DNA of 28,436 bases. It comes from Spirogloea muscicola (taxonomy: Eukaryota). The stretch is from positions 730,929 to 759,364 of the forward strand of contig WELB01000025.1 of NCBI GenBank assembly GCA_009602725.1. The letters run 5' to 3'. Below, piece by piece: positions 20,511 to 28,436 of this stretch. The notes beneath the pieces are model-generated. The model did not search any database. It was not told the DNA's origin and worked only from the letters and a program-made list of their open reading frames with translations. Every line of letters begins with the position of its first letter. The stretch's first letter is position 1. A program made the translations under genes and the position numbers.

Positions 20511-20815
20511 ATCACAGCCATCGCCCCCTACTGAAAGCGTCTCTCTCGATTAGCTACCGTCTGACGGTGATCCCGCCCGTGCGGGGGGCATCAAAAGTTC
20601 CTTATCCACATGATTGTGTTGCACGTCCCCCAGCTTCGAAGGCCGCCACGGCCCCACCGCTTCTCCGCAAATTGGGCTAATGCAAAGCACACTCCACCAT
20701 CCGGTTACCGGTGGGCGCCACGGCCGTCTCGACATACGTGGCGATCTTGCACAACTCGACCATCCCGTGCTCCGCCGCCACCACCGCCGCGAGCGGGACT
20801 CCCCGAGCGGCAGCC

Positions 20816-21678
20816 ATGGCGGGCCTCCGCCTGGTGGCGGCCCCGACGGGTCCCCTCCTCTCGGCCGCCGCCGCCGCGCCAGCGAAGGAGCCCCGGAGAG
20901 CGGCCCTGGCCCGCCTTCCCCGTCCGGCGGGCGAGTGCCGTGCCACCTCCGCTGCCAACGACGAGGCAGCCGAGACGTCCCCGAAAGTAATGGCGGCGCC
21001 GCTCAGAGGGACGACGACGCGCAGGTCCTCAACGCTGTGAGTCGTGCTCACTGCAAGCCAGGCCTGCCTCCGCGCCGGCCGCCTAGGCTCGACCCAAGCG
21101 AGGCTCTAACAGAACAAACACTTCATTGCCCCAGCATAAAGCCGCGGCTGCTGGCCTTCGCCCGTCGCAAGAGCTGCTCATGCATGCAGGAGCACTAGCA
21201 AATGACTGTCGACTGCCGGCATCTCCGGCCTGGCGGGCGCAGTGGTTTTGAAGCACAGCCCACGAATCGCGGCAGCAAAGCTTGTGCCTGACCATAGCCC
21301 TGAATGTATCTCCTTGTGGGAATGGCTGGCGCCTGCGCAGGACTGCATTGACCACTGGTCAGACCTGACTGCCACGCTGTATGGCTTCTCCATTGTAGGG
21401 TGGCTTTCACAGCCGTGCTCCTGGCCTTGGCGGCAGACGCTGAGGTGGCGCAGGCGGCGGGCAGGCGGAAGATGCCTCCGCCGAAGAAGGAGAAGGAGGA
21501 CACGGAGGGCCTGTCGGCTTACGAGGCCAAGCTGCTCGCCAAGATGAAGCGGCGAGAGGCGATGAAGGAGAGCGTGGCTGCCAAGCGCGCGCAGGGCTCG
21601 GGCCCAGTCTCGGCTGCTGGCGAGGCCATTGGTGACGCCGGGGCTGCTGTAGCCTCGGCCATCAGCGGCTCTTCCTGA
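20816..21678 (+). CDS. Small nucleus-encoded thylakoid-lumen protein with a twin-arginine signal (resembles the At1g49975 'PsaN-like' family); exons 20816-21036, 21399-21678
   Basis: Ala/Arg-rich transit peptide; TTRRSSTL|VAFTAVLLALAADAEVAQA (RR-hydrophobic-AxA); mature part AGRRKMPPPKKEKE...AKLLAKMKRREAMKE. GTGAGT...TAG phase-2 intron. The family assignment is from memory. Confidence 0.8.
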
Positions 21679-22532
21679 ATGCCCTCGGTTGCAATTTTGA
21701 TTCCTGCTCCAAATCTATGGGCAGAAGACTTGAGTGAAAGCAGAGAATGAGAAGAAGAGCAGTCTGCTGGACTTCTTCTCAAAAGCCTCTCGCGTTTCTT
21801 ATTTAGCAGTTACAGAGGATGTCGATGCTGGCGAATCCGGGTTTGAACCGTGTTTTCAAATCCATTATGTGACGCTTTGACCGACTAAGCTATACTCACC
21901 TGTACTCGCTATTGATCTTGAACCGAAACCAGAAGGAGCAGATTTTGCGGCTGCCGTGTTTACCCATTTTACCAAGCGAGTTGCTCACTATCGGACTTGA
22001 TTCGATAAGCAGAAGGGACAGAATTGAAGTCTGTCGTGTTTACCAATCTGCTCTGCAAAACTCTGGCCTGCTCCACTGTGTTGAAATTGATCACAAAAAC
22101 GGCATGCTCAACAATTTATGCATAAAATGCAATGATCTTGCAGTAGCAGCAGGTTGCAGGCTTACTTCGTGTCACATGATATATTCGGGAAAGCAGTATG
22201 CCTATGCATCGCTCATTCATCTCGAAAGATCTTTCTTGTTTTTATTGAATGGCATGCCACCATCATACATATGCCAGTGGTCACACGAGTGAGAAACGCG
22301 GGCAATGGATGTTCCTTACAACAAAACCGCCTGGTGTTACTGTGTGGGGGTTCAGACGAGGATGACCTAAGTGGACCTGGTGCGAGGTCCTCGGTAACTC
22401 CTTATTGGAGCCATGATGGGCATGCGACAGGCAATAGACCTGTAGCCAGCTCTTGCATTACTGGCCACGAGTACTTTTCGTCCTAAGCCGCAGCTTATGT
22501 ACACAAGGCCACAACACTCAAGCCACACCAAG

Positions 22533-24640
22533 TTAAGCAAGTTCTAGCTCCAGGAAAGCGAGGAGGGAGTCAAGATCTCGGGGACCAAGGTGGGAGGCAA
22601 CTGGCTGCGAGCGCCGGAAGAGCATGAGTGTTGGGAAGCCTGGGACCTCATATGCGTCTGCCATGCGTGGGTACTTGTAAGCGTCCAGCTGCGCCAGCTG
22701 CGCAACATGGGGCAGCACAGGGCTTGAGTCAGCTCTTCAGAGCCATGACTCTTGGCTGTAGTCAGGAAATCCCCATGTGAGCCTGCAATGCTTGTGGCTG
22801 CTCCTTCAAGCTGAGCTCTTGCTTAGGGATGGCGGCAGGGGGGGCAGCAGGAGGGGTGGGGGGACAGAGACCTGGACAACCATGCCCTGGCGAGCGAGCT
22901 GCCGCGCGAGCTCCTGCCACGTGCCCTCCAGGCGCTGACAGTATGGGCACCACGGCGCGTAGAACATCACAAACGTCGGCCTGAGGAAACAGATGGCGGG
23001 ACACCAAAGCCCGAGGACAAGGGTCATGCCGGCCCTTCAGGTGTGCGCCCGCGGACGCCGCAGCGACGAAGGTAGGCCAGCAACATGCACAGCCGTATCA
23101 CTGCCACACCGCAGCTCCTTATGAACAAGTCTGACCTCAAGCGCAGCATCTCGTAGAAGTTTGCTGGGTGGAGCTCCATGACGCCAGGCCGCGCCTCGCG
23201 CCTGCAAAAGGTCCGAAGAAGCTGCCATTGGCTTAGGACAGAGCCCAATGAGTGGCACCAGAGTGAGGGCTTGCGTTAAATAAGAGGAGAAAGGAAGAGT
23301 CTATCTCACAAGAGCGGCGGCACATAGGCGCCATCGGCTGCTGGAGCTGCTGCCGATGTCAAGGGCAAGCGGGCTGGTGCACCGCGGCGACCACCGACAT
23401 TCAGTGCTGCAGCGGCAACAGCTGCAACCAGGACCAGAGCGCCAGCTGCCAAGCCGCTGTGGCCCCACAGAGGCCCTCGGGCATCGGCGAAACGGCTCAA
23501 GCCCGGTGGCCCCTGCCGCCTCGGCAGCATCTGCCGCAGAGTCGCTGCCGGCCCGGAATCACCATCTTCGGCTGCTGCTGGCGCTGCCCAGCTGCCTTGC
23601 TTCGATGGGCTTGCCGGCGCTCGCCAGGCACCTGCCTCGCCGCGAGCGTCGGTGGCGTGATCGGGCTGGGACGGCTGCGATGATGGCCTGAGTGACGGCA
23701 GGACCGGGAGCAGGGCAGCATCTGTGCGGCGAAGCGGCGGCGGCGTTGCGCCGAGCCTGAGCTGCAGCGGCTGCAGCCCACCAGGCGTGCTGCCGGGGTA
23801 TGTGAGTGCGGCCAGCGGCACCGCTGGCATTGCCGCCGCGATCGCCGAGACCTGCGAGCAGTCAACATGCAGGATGCCACCTGAGGGGCAGTAGCGCTTC
23901 ACCATCTACCGCAGAACGCTGCTGTGACGGAGCCCTGCAGTCAGCCGGAAAGGGGGAGGGAGGGCAAAGCTGCAGGCGAGGAGGGAGGGAGACGTTACGT
24001 TGTCTCTGGCTGCGGCTTTAGCCACGCCGGCGTCTGCGGCAACGGCTGCCTCTGCCGCCTCAGCCTCGAGCAAGCGCAGCATCATCTGCGCCGCACGAGG
24101 CCGCCATGGAGGCGACTCGGCACCGGCTCTCAGTCCCGCCGATGTGGCCATTGTCAGCCAGTGAAGGAGCGCTGCGGAGGCTGCACAGGGCCTGCACGCC
24201 TCACCTGCAGCGACTCCACCTCGCGGCGCATGCCGGCGACCTCCGCCAGCATCGCCGCACGCTCCTCCTTCCACCGCTGCTCCGTCTCCATGCGCCGGCC
24301 CCGCAGCTCGCGCCACTGCGCGTCCGCCCATTGGGCCTGCCGCCGCCGCCGCCGCCGCAGACCGGCGACGCCCTCCGCGTCTGCCTCCATGGCCTCCTCA
24401 GCGGCGGCCTCCCCCTCCTCCATCCCAGCTGATCTGACAGCGTCATCCGGCCGGTACTCGAGGCCATGGCCAGCAAAGTCCCGCAGCGTGGCGCCGCCGC
24501 CGTCCGCCAGGGCGCTCCCGATGCGGTCCAGAATCTCGTGCCGGTGCGGCTGCGCCTCCGCGCCCAGCGCGCTCCGTACGGCCTCCATCACGCCGCCGCC
24601 GCCGGCATCGGCGTGGCCGTTGGCGGCGGCGGCGGCGGCC
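22533..24640 (-). CDS. Membrane-anchored thioredoxin/PDI-like protein (WCPYC) with an N-terminal coiled coil, 5' end in gap; exons ~<24640-24205, 24085-23999, 23851(or 23905)-23310, 23201-23136, 22980-22872, 22697-22533
   Basis: GVMELHPANFYEMLRLR|PTFVMFYAPWCPYCQRLEGTWQELA...|LAQLDAYKYPRMADAYEVPGFPTLMLF...GPRDLDSLLAFL is a complete thioredoxin fold with the cis-Pro (FPT). A hydrophobic segment GLAAGALVLVAAVAAAALNV lies upstream. Introns are GT-AG and phase-consistent; the upstream exons are less certain. Confidence 0.8.
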
Positions 24641-25378
24641 NNNNNNNNNNNNNNNNNNNNNNNNNNNNNNNNNNNNNNNNNNNNNNNNNNNNNNNNNNNN
24701 NNNNNNNNNNNNNNNNNNNNNNNNNNNNNNNNNNNNNNNNNNNNNNNNNNNNNNNNNNNNNNNNNNNNNNNNNNNNNNNNNNNNNNNNNNNNNNNNNNNN
24801 NNNNNNNNNNNNNNNNNNNNNNNNNNNNNNNNNNNNNNNNNNNNNNNNNNNNNNNNNNNNNNNNNNNNNNNNNNNNNNNNNNNNNNNNNNNNNNNNNNNN
24901 NNNNNNNNNNNNNNNNNNNNNNNNNNNNNNNNNNNNNNNNNNNNNNNNNNNNNNNNNNNNNNNNNNNNNNNNNNNNNNNNNNNNNNNNNNNNNNNNNNNN
25001 NNNNNNNNNNNNNNNNNNNNNNNNNNNNNNNNNNNNNNNNNNNNNNNNNNNNNNNNNNNNNNNNNNNNNNNNNNNNNNNNNNNNNNNNNNNNNNNNNNNN
25101 NNNNNNNNNNNNNNNNNNNNNNNNNNNNNNNNNNNNNNNNNNNNNNNNNNNNNNNNNNNNNNNNNNNNNNNNNNNNNNNNNNNNNNNNNNNNNNNNNNNN
25201 NNNNNNNNNNNNNNNNNNNNNNNNNNNNNNNNNNNNNNNNNNNNNNNNNNNNNNNNNNNNNNNNNNNNNNNNNNNNNNNNNNNNNNNNNNNNNNNNNNNN
25301 NNNNNNNNNNNNNNNNNNNNNNNNNNNNNNNNNNNNNNNNNNNNNNNNNNNNNNNNNNNNNNNNNNNNNNNNNNNNNN
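24641..25378. other. Assembly gap flanked by (GGC)n/(GCC)n tracts
   Basis: 738 N covering the divergent promoter region between two genes. Confidence 0.98.
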
Positions 25379-25506
25379 GCCGCCGCGTCCGCCACCTGCG
25401 CCGCCGCCGCCGCCGCCGCCGCCGCCAGACGCGGCTGCTGAGGTTGGTGGCATTGGCGCGGCGCAAAATCGCGGCGAGGCTCCCTGGCGTCGGGAAAGTA
25501 GCGAGG

Positions 25507-26687
25507 ATGAACAAGTTCAACAAGGCGGCGCGGGGCTCGAGGCTGGACGGGCGCAAGGCCAAGCGGCGCCGCGGCGCGCCGGGCGCGCCCGCCGTCGCCG
25601 GCCCGCGCAGCGGCAAGGCGCGGCGCCACCTCGAGCGCGCCAAGCGCAAGGTGCGGATAGGGCGCCGCCCCTCCTCCCTCTCGGGCTTCGCCGGTGTGCT
25701 CGGACTTGACGTGGGGGTCGCAGCCTGCCATACATGCATGCAGCTGGTACTGTTGCTGGTCGTTACGCTCCTCAGCTGCAATCTAGGCAGCCATTGCGGT
25801 TGGCGTGCCCTCTTCGTGCCTCAGTTCTGCGACCTGACTTCCGCCGATCACCACGCCCGCGCTGGCGCGCAGGTCCAGAGAGAGGCTGCCGTCTCCGGCG
25901 GTCTCATGACCGTGAAAGATGTTGAGATGATGGCTGCAAAGGTCCAAGGTGCGGGCGGTATGTGGAGGCATCAGGAGCATGACAGCTATAGGGTTTGGGT
26001 TTCCACTTGCTCATGGCTGCTAGAAGTGCGACAGTCTGTTGCTTGAACCGTATTGAGAGCATGCTGCCCTCATTTCTCCTCCTCCAAGAATCGTCTCAAT
26101 CAGAGAAGCTCAACCAGAGTGACGGTGTCAGTCAGGAGCATATAAAGCTCAGCTTTTTTCAGCTTGTAGATAGCAGCTTGTTGGTGACCTTCTGAGTGTC
26201 TGTGTCGCTGGGAGGGTGTTGGCGCAGATAAGAACGGGGTTGCAGCTGAGCAGACAAGCAATGCCGCAGACAAGAAGCTCAAGGGCGTAAAGCTTGGGAA
26301 GAAGGCCAGGCTCCGGCTCATCAAGAAGCGCCTTGTCTTACAAGGTCACTTTGCCTCACTTATCAGCACTAGCTGCAATTGGCATCAGTATATGCTCTAA
26401 TCATGTTGCTCCTCTTCTTTGATACCACTGCACTGATGACTATGTGCTTGTTTTTGCTGATGACGTACTGTCCAAACGAGTAAAGGCCTGAGCTTTTGCA
26501 TGTGCACTGCCCACTGCCTGCCACGTCGACTGTGACGTACTTCTGAGATTGTGCAGCTTAGACATACAGACAGACGAACAACAATGTTAGCTCTGATACG
26601 TGGGGACACCCTTGCACAGGTGCCCAAGACCTGAATTCGCAGCCCATCAACACATTGCATGCTGGTACAGAGGCGATGGTTGAGTGA
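25507..26687 (+). CDS. Small Lys/Arg-rich protein, probably nucleolar; exons 25507-25650, 25873-25948, 26228-26344, 26620-26687
   Basis: The spliced product is MNKFNKAARG...RSGKARRHLERAKRK|VQREAAVSGGLMTVKDVEMMAA...KKARLRLIKKR...EAMVE*. Three GT-AG introns keep the phase. From memory it resembles a plant family with SGKRKRKL...GLVTMEDVEM. Confidence 0.75.
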
Positions 26688-27418
26688 TGTAGAACTCTAT
26701 TGACCTTGGTCTTACGCTGTCCGCAGAGTCGCACTAGCTTTACTCTTGAATACTCCCCTGGATTACCCATTAGCTTGGGAACATGGACCAGTGAGACAGC
26801 TTGCCAGCTATAGGTTTATAGCTTTTTCTGACCTGATATAGGAAGGTACATCTAGTGTTGTACTCTTACTATTCCTTGAAAGCACTACCTTTGTACAGCT
26901 CTGTCACTAATACCTCTTGTAAGAACATTACGCTGTGTCCCAAGAGTCTTGGGTGTGTGCACAGCATAATATTCAATTTAGTCACAAAAAGGGAGACTTT
27001 GTGCAGCTTGCCATGGCAGGCGACTACTTCTGCACTTTGCTTCCTGCATATGCTCACTTCACAAATTCATTGCTTGTTGAGGTAGTGCTTATGGGCAGGT
27101 ATGGACTGCATATGTCCTGGATAAAATCACAGGCATCATTTCTCGCAAAAATGGAGAAAGGATCATCTGAAGCTGTCATGGCAGCACAAGCTGCGGGTGT
27201 TTGCAGCACGTCGATGCTGGGACAAGTAAACCACTATGTAACTCTTAAGATGTGATTCTATCGTCCAAAAGGTTGCACGAAGTGAAACCGTGCCTCCGTT
27301 GTGTTCTTTCATCCAGAGTGACCCCTAAGTGTCTTACTTTCACAGGGCCGGGCAATGACCTGGCGCGGAATCTCCAAGGCTGTGTGGTGAGCATGTGATG
27401 TGATCAAAGTAGTCAGCT

Positions 27419-28366
27419 TCAGTCCAGGCTCCTCCGTACAGCAATACCCATTGTGCGGGCAGTGCCAATGACACTACGGCAGATGCCCTCGAGCGGCATG
27501 TACTGGCAGTCGGGGTCCTGCTGCTTGATGCGAGCAATCTCGTATACATGCTTGAGTGTGACCACGCCCGCCGGCTCATGCCCAGCGGCGCCGCTGCCAG
27601 CCTGGACCCCAGCGGCCTTCTTCAAGAAGTAGCTCACCGTCGGTGAGCGAATATTAAACTCGAACGAGCGGTCCTGCAAGCAAAGCCAGCGCGTTCAACG
27701 AGTCCACTTGATTGCATCGGCAGTCCGTCACATTGAGCCCACTTAGGCCTTGCATGTGTGTCAGAGGCTCTTGACTGCAGCACTAGCCACGGGCCGCCTG
27801 AATGGCTCGACCTCCGAGACTTGACATCCAAGGAGCCGCGCAATAAGGGGGTTGTACATCCTCTTGGGCGAAATTCACGAGACGAGTTGCGCAACTCACG
27901 CGGGCAATGTACTGAGGAGGACGGGACTGGCGAGTGACACGGGGCAAGAGCCGTCGGCTGGGCAGGACGCTGAGCCAGTCGCCGCTGGCCGCAATGGACG
28001 AAAGCTGCAGCTAAACCCTGAACCAAACAAACCCTAAGCCCTCAAACCCTAAACCTAAGCTAAACCCTAAGCCCTAAATTTCAAACCCCAGATCCCAAAC
28101 CAGAGGCCTGACGGGTTCTGTGCAAGAGATGCTCGGCAGTGGCAGCGGCCGCGGCTGCGGCAAACCTTGTAGGCGGTGAGCTGGACGGGGACGGGGACGT
28201 CGGGCTTGAGGTGCGCGGTGCGCGCGTTGAAGTCCTTGCAGAAGGCCATAAGGTTGAGGCCGTGCTGGCCCAGCGCCGGCCCCACCGGCGGCGCCGGCTT
28301 GGCGCCGCCCGCGGCGATGACCAGCCGGATCACCGTCACCACCTGACGTGCCGGCTGCTGCGCCAT
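27419..28366 (-). CDS. MRPL11: Mitochondrial ribosomal protein uL11m; exons 28366-28166, 27673-27419
   Basis: [38 protein letters not shown]...AYK|DRSFEF...YFLKKAAG...[14 protein letters not shown]...IGTARTMGI. There is no plastid transit peptide. Phase-0 GT-AG intron. Confidence 0.96.
28011..28101. repeat. Intronic degenerate (CCCTAAA)n tract with three perfect telo-boxes
   Basis: AAACCCTA at 28029, 28044 and 28062, plus AAGCCCTA and AAACCTA variants, inside intron 1 of MRPL11. Confidence 0.9.
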
Positions 28367-28436
28367 CGGCGCCGCTTGACGCTCGCCTCCCTTACCGCCG
28401 CCGCCGCCGAGCAGCCGCCGCCGCAGCCGTCGCGCC

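Noticed and set aside
21398..21414. GGGTGGCTTTCACAGCC resembling the family hairpin
   Set aside because: It lies at a splice acceptor within signal-peptide coding sequence and lacks the upstream CCTTGT block, so it is probably chance.
21912..22486. 126-aa and 110-aa ORFs in a convergent spacer (also 26855-27255)
   Set aside because: They have non-ATG starts, lower-GC UTR-like composition, no motifs and no splice structure.
28011..28101. True chromosome telomere
   Set aside because: The tract is short, degenerate and inside an intron between two in-phase exons.

Overview
GC-rich eukaryotic nuclear DNA with spliceosomal introns, plant-type genes and plant-type TTTAGGG-like tracts. It is most consistent with a streptophyte green alga (inference). 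There are two N gaps (1957-2836, 24641-25378). Nine intron-containing genes can be built by hand: a U-box protein, a conserved plant unknown protein, a type I membrane protein with a Pro/Tyr tail, presenilin, a PLAC8/DUF2985-type protein, a Tat-targeted thylakoid-lumen protein, a membrane-anchored WCPYC thioredoxin, a small basic protein and mitochondrial uL11. The main feature not shown by the ORF track is a family of restriction-like-endonuclease (CRE-clade-like) non-LTR retrotransposon relics. It comprises one decayed RT domain, several endonuclease C-terminal fragments (at least three ending clearly in 'DLxLxxRGY*'), and about 16 copies of a conserved 3'-UTR motif, CCTTGT-N~12-GGGCTGG-CYYYYY-MCAGCCC (stem-loop). 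The copies form five clusters, all directly upstream of gene 5' ends, and none were seen in introns or convergent spacers. Several are joined head-to-head.
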